From Felis catus (taxonomy: Eukaryota): 64,000 nt of DNA. The translations under genes and the position numbers were made by a program. Below are positions 12,130-27,900 of the stretch, piece by piece. Positions within the stretch are counted from its first letter, which is position 1. Each line of letters begins with the position of its first letter. The notes beneath the pieces are model-generated. The model made no database searches, was not told where the DNA came from, and worked only from the letters and a program-made list of their open reading frames with translations. The stretch lies in NCBI RefSeq assembly GCF_018350175.1, contig NC_058381.1:60636001-60700000 (forward strand), read 5' to 3'.

Positions 12130-14192
12130 TCCCCCAATGCTCAGTTGATCTCAGAGTGAGTCATTAATAACAGTGAATTACTGTAAGTCAGATAAACAGT
12201 TATGAACATTACACAAATGTGTATAATTCCATAACAGCTAATATATGTAAAATGCCAAAAAAAAAAAGTCAACCAGGATACGTGGGGTAGCTACAGTGGG
12301 ACACCAACGGTAGCAAATGAACCTAACTATAGTACAAATTACACCAAAGGGGCAGAGAAGAAAGGGACTCGCCTGAGCGACTCTGGAAGCTGGTACTTTC
12401 ACTGGATGCTCTATGGCTCAACATGGAAATAACAGAACTCAGGAAATGTGTCTCGTGGGGGTGGGGTATGGAGCGGCAGTTCTGAAACTAAGGTAGAGGA
12501 CTGGCATCATACAAGCAAACAATGAGCAGGTTCCCCCTCATCACAGAAAGAAGTTACAGGAAGGAAAGGGGAGGCAGGGCTGTTGGTGCTGGGTTGGAAT
12601 CCGAGGCATCGGTAAAACTCACGGTTTTCTACCACGTTAGCTAGCTAGGCAGAAGACGGTAGGTGTGCGTGCACGAACTCATATGTACATCTCCTAGCCC
12701 CGTGCTGGGAAGGCCGAGGAGCACCAAGAGCCCGGAGGCAATGAGCACACCCAGCACCCAGATCTTGGTTGCTAAATACCCGTCTCCGTGAAAGTTGCCG
12801 GTCAAGCTGAGCCTGGAGCTCCTCCTGGTGTCAGAAAGTCAGAAAAAGCTGAGGCAATGACATGGGACGTCAGAGGGCACAGGAGGGACTGTGATAGGCT
12901 CCTGAGGGCCGAAGCTAAAACAGTCCGAGCAACAAAATAGCAGCTACCAGTTTATGACTCACAGAATCAAATAAATATCCACGAGTCCATCCTGATATAA
13001 ATAGCTGAATAAATGGGTGGAAAGGGACTTGTCTTTCTTAGAAAAGGATCCCGATTATTGTTGAAGGAATGAGGAGAATATAAAAACTCACCGTCAAACG
13101 GCACGGCGATCATGTTTGCACAACTGGACACAATTGGGCAGAACTTTGAGAAACGGGTATTCACTTAATCCCCAAATGTCTCCCTCAGTGGGGTGCCTGG
13201 GTGGCTCAGTTCGTTAGGGATCTGACTCTTGGTTTCTGCTCAGGTCATGATCTCACAGTTCATGAGTTCGAGCCCCGCATCGGGCTCCGCACTGACAGCA
13301 CAGAACCTGCCTGGGATTCTCTCTCTCTGCCCCTCTCCCACTCTCCCTGGGTCTTCAAATAAATAAACTTAAAAAAATGTTTTTTAAATGTCTCCCTCAA
13401 GATAGTTGTGGGTTACAAAATGCACAGTAACTCTACAGTAGAGAAGCAGGCAGCTCCCATCTGAACTAAGGCCGCCTCACCCACAATAAGACAGACAGAC
13501 CGCCATCATGCACCCCAGAGGGAGCACTGAAATGGAACAGTCCATCCGTGTATCTTACCAAGGATACATAAGCCTGGTCTAATCATAAAGAAGTGAGACC
13601 CGGGGCGCCTGGGTGGCGCGGTCAGTTAAGCGTCCGACTTCAGCCAGGTCCCGATCTCGCGGTCCGTGAGTTCGAGCCCCGCGTCGGGCTCTGGGCTGAT
13701 GGCTCAGAGCCTGGAGCCTGTTTCCGATTCTGTGTCTCCCTCTCTCTCTGCCCCTCCCCCGTTCATGCTCTGTCTCTCTCTGTCCCAAAAATAAATAAAC
13801 GTTGAAAAAAAAAAATTAAAAAAAAAAAAAGGAAGAAAAAAAAAAAAAAAGAAGTGAGACCATCCCCGACGGGACCGACCTTCAAAAGTGTTGAGGTCAG
13901 GAAAGAGAAGGAAAGCACTACCAGGTTAAGACAAGTAGAGGCATCTCGAGGTCAGTGGACCAGGCATCAAAGAAAGAAGCATCTACAACACGGACTGTTA
14001 GGACAATTGGCAACGTCGAATCAGGTCTGTATTTCAGATCATGGCACTGGGTCAATGTTAGTGTCTGACTATGTAAGAGAATATCCTTGTTTTTATTATT
14101 TATTGATTGATTGATTTTTGAGAGAGAGAGAGAGAAAGAGAGTGCACAAGTGAGCTAGGGGCAGAGAGAGAGAGAGAATCCCAGGAGGGGCA

Positions 14193-14234
<42 letters not shown>

Positions 14235-14450
14235 CGGGACTCACCTATTTGGGGGGCTTGTGTGAATATCCTTGTTTTAGAGAAATACGCAGAGAAAGAA
14301 TCAGGGGTAAAGATGCATCGTGCCGCACTCACTTGCGATCAGTTCAGAATAACACGGACAGGTGGAATGCCAGCGTCTGGGTGAGGAACACGAAGGAACT
14401 CTCTGTCCTGTTCTCACTCCTTTCCTATCAATCTGAATATCAAAATTACA
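12130..14450 (+). mobile_element. Ancient L1M (L1MC-like) 3' fragments interrupted by SINEs (13190-13378 +, 13602-13847 +, ~14094-14264 -)
   Basis: Degenerate A-rich L1M 3' UTR-like sequence; subfamily from recall only. Confidence 0.5.
13602..13847 (+). mobile_element. Young SINEC_Fc with long A tail and TSD
   Basis: TSD AAAGAAGTGAGACC at 13587-13600 and 13848-13861; near-consensus body. Confidence 0.93.
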
Positions 14451-14519
14451 AAATAACACCCAAGAACATTCACAACGAAATAGAGAAATAGGCTGACATT
14501 AAAAGAAATGATGAGGATT

Positions 14520-15234
14520 GGGGCGCCTGGGTGGCTCAGTCGGTTGAGCGTCCGACTTCGGCTCAGGTCAGGATCTCGTGGTTTGTGAGTTCGAGCCCCG
14601 CGTCGGGCTCTGGGCTGACAGCTAGGAGCCTGCTTCAGATTCTGTGTCTCCCCGTCTCTCTGCCTCTCCCCTGCTCTCTCTCTCTCTCTCTTTCAAAAAT
14701 AAAGATTTAAAAAATTACTTACAGAAGCAGGCTCCAGCTCCGATGTGGGGCTTGGACCCACGAACCGCGAGATCGTGACCTGAGCCGAAGTTGGACACTT
14801 AACTGATTGATCCCCTCAGGCGCCCTGAGCTTACTTATTTTGAGAGAGTGAATGAGGGAGGCAGAGAGACAGAATCCCAAGCAGGCTCCTTGCTTTCACC
14901 AAAGAGCCCAACATGGGGCTCGAACTCACAAACCATGAGATCATGACCCGAGCCCAAACCAGGAGCGCCATCCAGGAGCCCCAAATGTGTTATTTTTTCA
15001 ATTAAAAAAAAAACAAGTTTTTTTTTTGTTTATTTTTGAGAGAGAGAGAGAGTGAGAGAGCGAGCACAAGTGAGAGAGAGGCAGAGTGAGAGAGAAAGAC
15101 ACAGAATCCGAAGCAGGCTCCCGGCTCTGAGCTGTCAGCACAGAGCCCGACGCGGGGCTCGAACTCATGAACTGTGAGATCATGACCTGAGACAAAGCCA
15201 TACATTTAACCAACTGAGCCACTCAGGTGTCCCC
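14520..15234. mobile_element. SINEC cluster (+ 14520-14715; - ~14722-14825, ~14833-14982, ~15018-15234)
   Basis: SINEC motifs on both strands. Confidence 0.85.
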
Positions 15235-15266
15235 AAAAAACAAGTTGTCTTAAAAGAGCACCTCAT

Positions 15267-15550
15267 AGTCAGAGAAAGACAAAAATCCTATGACTTCACT
15301 CATATGAGGACTTTAAGAGAGAAAACAGCTGAACATAAGGGAAGGGAAACAAAGAATGCAAAAACAGGGAGGGGGACAAACCAGAAGAGACTCATAAATA
15401 TAGAGAACAAACTGAGGGTTGCTGGAGGGGGTGTGGGAGGGAGGAGGGGCAAAATGGGGAAGTGGCATTAAGGAATCTACTCCTGAAAACATTTTTGCAC
15501 CATATGCTAATTTGGAGGTAAATTTTTAAAAATGAAATTGAAAAGAAAAA
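15267..15550 (+). mobile_element. 5'-truncated carnivore/felid L1 with 15-bp TSD
   Basis: TSD AAAAGAGCACCTCAT at 15252-15266 and 15551-15565; L1 3' UTR with G-rich tract and A tail. Confidence 0.88.
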
Positions 15551-15970
15551 AAAAGAGCACCTCATGTTCCATTCGCCATTAATATAAAACTACAAAACCC
15601 ACTCCATGGTCTCTGCCCTTCATCCACGTTGAGCCCCCGAATTCTGGGCCCAGGCAGCCTTTCCCCACACCCTGCCTTTTGCTCAGGGTGCATCTCTGGC
15701 TGATGTCCCCCCAGGGCTCCTTCCTTCACCCCAGCAAAGAGGCCAAGTAGTGAGGCCTCACGGCACCTGCCCCCTCCACCCTGGCCACTCTGGGGTCCCC
15801 GAGCTTTCCTCTGTTCTCACCTCAGGGCCTTTGCCCTTGCTGTCCTCTCTGCCGGCAAAACCTTCCCCTAAATACCCACATGCCTCACAACTGCACCCCC
15901 TGCCTCCTCAGTAAGGCCTCTCCCTACTCCTCACACAGCCTTACCACCATCTGACACCCTTTAACTTTTT

Positions 15971-16669
15971 TTTTTTTTAATTTTTTTTTTCAACGTTTAT
16001 TTATTTTTGGGACAGAGAGAGACAGAGCATGAACGGGGGAGGGACAGAGAGAGAGGGAGACACAGAATCGGAAACAGGCTCCAGGCTCTGAGCCATCAGC
16101 CCAGAGCCCGACGCGGGGCTCGAACTCACGGACCGCGAGATCGTGACCTGGCTGAAGTCGGACGCTTAACCGACTGCGCCACCCAGGCGCCCCACCCTTT
16201 AACTTTTTAAAAGATATTTATTTTGAGAGTGCGAGCGCTGCACACGTGTGTGAGCGGGGAGGGGCAGGGAGAGGGGTGGGGGAGACAGAGAATCCCAAGC
16301 AGGTTCCGTGGCATCAGTGGAGTCCAATGCTCAGCTCCATCCCACACTGTGAGGTCACGACCTGAGCTGAAACCAAGGGTGGGGCCCTGAACCCACGGAG
16401 CCACCCAGATGCCCACCTATTATCTTTCTTAAAAAATATTTTATTTCTTTTTTAAGATTTTCAGGTTTTTTTAAGGTTTATTTTATTTTTCTGAGAGGGA
16501 GGGAGAGTGTGCACACCCGCGTGGGGAGGGGCAGAGAGAGACTCCCAAGCAGGCTGTGTGCCGTCAGCACGGAGCTCCGTGTGGGGCTCGATCTCACGAA
16601 CTTCACGATCGCGACCTGAGCCAAAAACAAGAGTCGGACGCTTAACCGACTGAGCCACCCAGGCGCCCC
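15971..16669 (-). mobile_element. Three tandem SINECs inside an L2 remnant; the first (15971-16193) is young with a TSD
   Basis: TSD ACCCTTTAACTTTTT at 15956-15970 and 16194-16208; further copies at ~16204-16414 and ~16470-16669; L2-like flanks at ~15600-15960 and ~16680-16830. Confidence 0.88.
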
Positions 16670-17799
16670 TGACACCCTGTGTTTCACCTTCCCCCATCTC
16701 TCCCTCATCGGAGGGGCCAGTCTGAGGGCAGGGATTTCTGTGTCTTGCTCCCCATTTCCCCCAGCACGTGAATGGTGGCTGGCGCGTGGCAGGGACCCAC
16801 ATACTTGTCGGAGGAGTAAGTGTGCTGTGTTTTCTTTAAACTCTGAAATAAAGCGATCACTTCACCGGGTTCTTGGGACGATGGGTGACATGCGCAGGGG
16901 ACGCCCAGTAACGTGTGGGTCACGGGCCCTCAACAGACGCGTGGTGCACATTCCGCAGCCAGAGGCCCACGCGGGGCCTCGCTCACGCACTAGCTCCTAT
17001 CGCGGTTATCGGGCCGCATTCCAGGCTCCCGGGTCGGTTTCCTGCATCGGACCGTCAGCTCCCCAAAGGCAAGAGCAAACCTGTGCTTTCTCAGGAGCAC
17101 AGACACACGGCGGGTCCCAGGGTGCCACAGGGGTGTGCGAAGCGCGACGCTCGCTCAAGGAGTCCGCCGCCCCGGCCTCTTCGGGGTTTCCTACAGTCCG
17201 CAGGGACAGGTTGTTGCTTCTTATTCCAGATTCCTCAGGAACCACAGGGATCTTTGCTCAACCACCCGAAAGCCAAGCGTACGGGTTGACTGCCTCTTCC
17301 CCACACGAGCCACCGGGTAAGGGTCAGGCCCCAGGCCCAGGGCCTGCAATCCGTGCGGGTTCACTGCCTCTCCTCCCTGGTGCCGGCTTCTGGCCAAGCG
17401 AATCACCTACGCGCTTCTGGACCCACCACTGGGCTTCCGTGCAGACTGAGGGCCAGGAAGAGGGCTACCCGGCCTCGGGTCTGGGCTAAGGGGGTGGCCT
17501 GATCCATCTGGTTGGCTGTTGACAGGCGCTGGCCAATCGCAGTTCGGCGTCTGGGCGCAGTGCAGGAGGGACATGTAAGACCGCTAAGTGTCACTTTGGC
17601 TTTGTCTCATTCGATTGGTACTTTGGGGGACGAAGGGTGCTGGCCAGTGCAGGGACGCCTGGCACTGTCCCTTAGGTGGCCAGATGCCTGGTTTGCCTCG
17701 GACCACGGATGCTGTCCTGCAAACACAACAGCCCCCCGCCCCCCGATTTTCCTCTCAAGAGCTTCCCGGCAGACACAGTGACAGGGTCCCCCAGCCCTT

Positions 17800-18550
17800 G
17801 AAATGAAATGTCCCCAGGGAAAGCGTCGGAGGCTTCTTCCGGCTCAGGAGTCTGGCCAGCAGCCCCCCCACCGGACTCACCTGCAACGTCTCGGGTCTCC
17901 TTATTTAGCCTTCCTCCCCCAGTGGCCTCCCCAGCCCATGACGTCACCCCCTCTTGCATCTCCTGTCACCTCCAGCCCTTCCTGGGCCACGCCACCAGCC
18001 GCGGCCTTGCTAGGGTCCATGTGCCAACAGCTGCAAATTGACAACGTCCAACTCCAAACACCCGTGGGGTCCCAACTCCAGGCCCGACCGTGTCCGGGGT
18101 CTCTGCTCACCTCCCGGATCCAACACGGAGCGGACCCTTCCCCTGCTTTTCTCCCGGGCCTTTCTCTGCACCATGGCACCCTCGGCCACTGTTCTGATGC
18201 CTCTGGGCCGCCACCCCGCCCTCCCCATCCCAGTGGCCATCAGTTCCATACTTGTGGCCTCTGGCCTGGGCCTCCCCCCACCTCCACCAGGTGTTCTCTT
18301 CGGGTGGCCCACCACCTTAGCCTGGCACCACCTCCCAGGGACACTGTCCCACTGCACCTGGACGCTCCGACCTCCATCACGTCCGGGCCTCCCAGACACA
18401 ACACCAGGGCCGGGCACGGGCCGGTCCTCTCCCCTGCCACGCTGGGCTCCCCCAGGGCTGAGCCGGCCAGGTGAGTCACTCTTCTGCCCAGTCCCCAGTA
18501 TGACACAGGCCGTCCCGATGGCGGCCACTGGCTGCGGAGCAACAGCTAGA
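17800..18550. mobile_element. Degenerate LINE2-like remnant
   Basis: ACAACGTCCAACTCCAAAC...CCTTCCCCTGCTTTTCTCC...ATGGCACCCTC and a terminal CCCAGTCCCCAGTATGACACAG resemble the L2 3' region. Confidence 0.4.
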
Positions 18551-19493
18551 ACCGACAGCGAAAGGGCCGCTCCTGTACACGCTCCTTTCTCAGGACTCTG
18601 GAGCACTGTCCCGAGCGTGGAGGTCGACCTGAGCCACGAGCTGTGCTCTGGCCAGTCTTCCTGTTGCAACCGCCCCCTCCTCCCTGTCCCCGCCGTGAGG
18701 CTCGGGGACAGCTCTAGGGCTGTGCTCCCCACGGCTCATCCGGGTCTCTTCTCCACGGCCGCACCTCGTCCTCCCTGCCCACGGCACCTGGGTCCATGCC
18801 CGCAGAGCCAGGGCCCTCGGGTCGCACTGGCTTTGGGGTAGAACCGGGTCATCCACAGGCGCCAGAGAGGAAGGTGGAAAATCCTGAAGACTCCAGACAG
18901 GTCTCCATGCCCTGCCTCCCACTGGGACCCGGGCCTCTCCCGAGCCGCAAGGTACAGGGAGTAGAGACCAGTGACGTCACCGGCTTGCTCCGTTCTGTCC
19001 CAGAGGGGGATCCAAACGGGGCACCTGTTCTTCCAGTCCCTCCAGTTCTCTGCACGTCAAAGTGGACTCTGCCACAGCTCCCCAAGCTCTCTCACCAGGC
19101 ACGTCCCGGTCCTCTTATGAGAACGCTTTCTGGCTCGTCCCTTCACATGAAGGACAGAGAAAGCCACGAAGAGGTCATGCCGCAGTCGCTGCTGAACCCG
19201 GGCTTCTGAGAACCAGAGCACCAGAAGGAAGGGAACGGCCCAGCCGGGGCAACAGCGTGGGGCCCGCGGTCCGCCCCTGACGTCCGGTGCAGGTGGCAGA
19301 GGCGGCTGCTCCCAGGTCCTCCCGCCCAGCACCCGCCCGGAGCACGGACTCTGGCGGCCGAGCCAGGGCTCCAGGTGTCCGTGGGACTGTTCCCCACACG
19401 CTCTCATCCGGTCGCGACACCAAAGTTCCAGCCCGAGCAAGGACTCCGACAGCGGGACAGATCAAATGGTTCCAGTTCTACACACGTTTCTAT

Positions 19494-19499
19494 TTTATT
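19494..19499 (-). terminator. ALYREF poly(A) signal AATAAA
   Basis: TTTATT on + strand about 300 nt past the stop codon, beside an N gap. Confidence 0.7.
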
Positions 19500-19797
19500 A
19501 TNNNNNNNNNNNNNNNNNNNNNNNNNNNNNNNNNNNNNNNNNNNNNNNNNNNNNNNNNNNNNNNNNNNNNNNNNNNNNNNNNNNNNNNNNNNNNNNNNNN
19601 NNNNNNNNNNNNNNNNNNNNNNNNNNNNNNNNNNNNNNNNNNNNNNNNNNNNNNNNNNNNNNNNNNNNNNNNNNNNNNNNNNNNNNNNNNNNNNNNNNNN
19701 NNNNNNNNTGCACAGCCCCGGTCCTCCACCCCCCTCCCGCCAGGGAGCACGGAGGGGACGTCCGGGTCCTGCTCCGCTCGAGGATCTGCCGGTCTGT

Positions 19798-24070
<4,273 letters not shown>

Positions 24071-24461
24071 GTGGTTGTTCCCTGGCATGACCTCCTCGTT
24101 GGCCGGGTCTGGGTCTTCATTTGTTAACCCCAAGTTAGTTTTATGCCTTTGAAAGGCACTGTATGGCACGTTTTTGCAAATATTGTTGAATGCCCATGCA
24201 CCCTTTGGTGGACGCAGGGTAGACTGCGGATGCTCTGAAAATGTAGGGAGCCTAGCTCTTAGGGCGCTTGGTCCTCCCGAGCAGGTCCCGGTCCTGCCCC
24301 TGCCACCTTGCAGGCAGATTTGTGCTCACTCACCCCTCTGGATTTCTCAGCCTGGGCATCGGTTCCTGACCCTCTTGATCCCTGGGGGCCTAGATGCTGT
24401 AGCTGAGCAGGCTGAATGTAGCCAGCCGATCTCTTTTCCTCTGCTCGCAGGCTCCACCGCC

Positions 24462-24949
24462 ATGAAGGTGAAGATTAAGTGCTGGAATGGCGTGGCCACT
24501 TGGCTGTGGGTGGCCAACGACGAGAACTGTGGCATCTGTCGGATGGCCTTTAATGGCTGCTGCCCGGACTGTGAGTGTCCCCTGTGTTCCCTCCCTCTTG
24601 AGCTTTGCCTGCTGGCCTGGTCTTGGCGTCTCCCCGGAAATAACCTGCACAAAGTGCCTGGGGTTTGGGGCCCCTGTCCTCAAGAAGAAAAGTTGGCAGA
24701 AGAAAGCCAAGTGGTTTGGTCACATGTTTGTATAGAGACCCCATCACAAGTTTTGTAAGAAAAAGGGTTGTAGCCTTTTATTGTGATCAAACTCAGCTAT
24801 GAAATACATGGGGCAAGGGGGCGCCTGGGTGGCTCGGTCAGTTAAGAGTCTGACTCTTGATTTGGGCTCAGGTTGTGACCTCATGGTTCATGGATTGGAG
24901 TCCCAAGTTGGGCTCCGAATTCTCAGCTTGGAGCCTGCTTGGGATTCTC

Positions 24950-24989
<40 letters not shown>

Positions 24990-27900
24990 CCTCACCTGCT
25001 CATGTATTCTCTTTCTCAAAATAAGTAAACTTTAAAAATATTTATTTTTGAGAGGGAGAGAGCATGTGCATGCGTGCGCATGTGCACCAGCAAGCAGGGG
25101 AGGGGCAGGGAGAGACGGGGGCAGAGGATTCCCAGCAGGCTCCGCACTGACAGCAGAGAGCCCGAGAGCCCAATGAGGGCCGACTCAGAGGTCCAACTCA
25201 TGAACCAGGAGATCACAACCTGAGCTGAAATCAGACGCTTAACCGACTGAGCCACCCAGGCTCCCCTACTTAAATAATGTTTAAGGGGCGCCTGGGTGGC
25301 TCAGTCGGTTAAGCGTCCGACTTCGGCTCGGGTCATGATCTCGCGGTCCATGGGTTCGAGCCCCGCGTCGGGCTCTGTGCTGACAGCTCAGAGCCTGGAG
25401 CCTGTTTCACATTCTGTGTCTCCCTCTCTCTGACCCTCCCCCGTTCATGCTCTGTCTTTCCCTGTCTCAAAAATAAATAAAAGGGGCGCCTGGGTGGCGC
25501 AGTCGGTTAAGCGTCCGACTTCAGCCAGGTCCGTGAGTTCGAGCCCCGCGTCAGGCTCTGGGCTGATGGCTCGGAGCCTGGAGCCTGTTTCCGATTCTGT
25601 GTCTCCCTCTCTCTCTGCCCCTCCCCCGTTCAAGCTCTGTCTCTCTCTGTCCCAAAAATAAATAAACGTTGAAAAAAAAATTTTTTTAAATAAATAAAAA
25701 ACGTTAAAAAAAATGTTTAAAAAAACAAAAATACACGGAGTACAAAGACGTGTTAAAAGTCTTTAAAGATTCTCAAGCAAACAAAAAGTGGAATATTATA
25801 AGGATAGCCCTTCCCCGCATCCAGGATGCACCCGGGATGTAGGATAACGATGCCTGAGGAAAGTTGCCATTTTGCCTCAGGGTTTTCAAGTGTGTTATGG
25901 TAACAGATAAATAGGATGTTTCACTGGACTCCTGCAGAGTCTCTAGCTGTGACTTGGGTTTTTTACCGGCAGTGCTGTCGCGTCAGACGTGGTGATAAGT
26001 CCTTAGCGTTACCCCTGTGCTTAGTCCTTGCTCAGATTTTTCCTGCTGTCTGTCGTCGTCTCTGTCCTTGATGGTGTGAGCAGGATCGGTGAGTGCTTGC
26101 TTGCTTTGCTCTGCCTTGGCTGTTGAATCTGCAACAAGCCCCTGTTCCCCCCTTCTCTTAACCTTTCCGAGGCAGCTGACCCTTTAGCAAAGTCATGTTT
26201 TTCACACCGTGTCCACTGCCAGGTTTTATCAGATTTCTTCTTTGTGGTGTTTTTTTTATTGATTTTTTTTAATGTTTATTTATTTATTTTTTATTATTTT
26301 TTTTTTAATTTTTTTTTTCAACATTTATTTTTGGGACAGAGGGAGACAAGAGCATGAACGGGGGAGGGGCAGAGAGAGAGGGAGACACAGAATCGGAAAC
26401 AGGCTCCAGGCTCTGAGCCATCAGCCCAGAGCCTGACGCGGGGCTCGAACCCACGGACCGCGAGATCGTGACCTGGCTGAAGTCGGACGCTTAACCGACT
26501 GCGCCACCCAGGCGCCCCATTAATATTTATTTATTTTTGAGAGAGAGAGACAGAGTGTAAGCAGGGAAGGGGTAGAGAGAGAGGGAGACACAGAATGGGA
26601 AGCGGGAAGCAGGCTCCAGGCTCTGAGCTGTCAGCACAGAGCCCGACGGGGGGCTCGAACTCACGAACCGCAAGATGACCACCTGAGCTGAAGTCAGACA
26701 CCTACCCACCTGAGCCACCCAGGTGCCCTTATTTCAATCATTCTTAGAGGGCTACGGGAGCCTGAAAGGGCATGCGTTTGCAGCTTCCTCCTAAGCAACA
26801 GACTGTTACCTTCTGAAAAGAAAAGTCTGGAACATTGCCCTCGACTGGGTGTGGTAGAGTGAGCCTGTGTCTGACAGGTGGCACTCCCACACAGCCCACA
26901 GAGGGCAGGTTCCACTGGGCCTGTAGTCGGGCATCTCTGCGTTTAAGGGGGTGCTCAGGTTTTGTGGAAGTGGGTCTGTTGCTGCAGAGAGTAGGGGATT
27001 TAAAGTTTATTTATTTTGAGATCGAGAGCGAGAGCACACACGAGCAAGGGAGGGGCAGACAGGGACAGAATCCTAAGCAGGCAGCGCAGAGCCCGACGTG
27101 GGGGGTAGAACCCACAAATCCTGAGACCGTGACCCAAGCAGCCCAAATGACTGAGCCCCCCAGGCGCCCCAGAGTGGGGGATCTAGAGTCTGGTGTTCAG
27201 ACTCGAGGTTGAGTGTGAGAGCCGGTTGTAACGTGCAGAGTGTTTGACAAGCCTATGGTGCTCTTTGTACAGATTAAGTGAGGCGGGGTTTCTCTTGCTA
27301 AAATTGACCTCTTGTGAAGAACCCAGGGTGACTGAGGCTGTCTTAAATCTGCTCCCTGTCCCTGAGGGCTTTGGTAGTAAAGGTCTCCTTGCGGGGGCTT
27401 TTCATTACAAAGGATTTCCATCAAGACACCAGCCAGCCCTTGGGTGAGTCACCGACCTTGTGCTCAGGTGCCCGTCAGAGCCTGAAGCAGGCTGCCTGCC
27501 TGTGGGGACAGTACGGAGTTCTGGAAGCGGCTCCTGCCCTCGCCCTGCCTCACGTGGACGGCCCTGCCTCACGTGGACGGCGTGGCCCGTTCCCCCCTCC
27601 CTCCCCCCCCCCCGGAGAGCTAGCTCCTGCCCACTGTCTTGGACCCTCTTTTCCAAAGCGACTCTAATTTCATAGGGGTGATTCCAAGCTGACTTCTGCT
27701 GGGCTTGGGAAGGCCTTAGGGGTGGGGGTGGGGTGGGATGTAGTCTCCATCAGGTGTCACACCACATGGGCTCCTGGCACAGGGTCCTGCTCACCCCCCG
27801 GCACCCATCCCTCCCGTGCCTGGGGGGCCAGAGCGAGTTCAATAATTCCATAATTGCTAAGGGTATGATTTTCTGGTTTTGTCATAAAAATTTCAGAAAG

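Noticed and set aside
13579-16210. Near-identical ORFs MGQRETEHERGR.. on opposite strands, and the many ..EPASDSVSPSL.. ORFs
   Set aside because: Translations of SINEC copies.
17803-18841. 220-270-aa ORFs suggesting an unknown gene or pseudogene
   Set aside because: No recognisable protein; the sequence resembles a GC-shifted L2 remnant.
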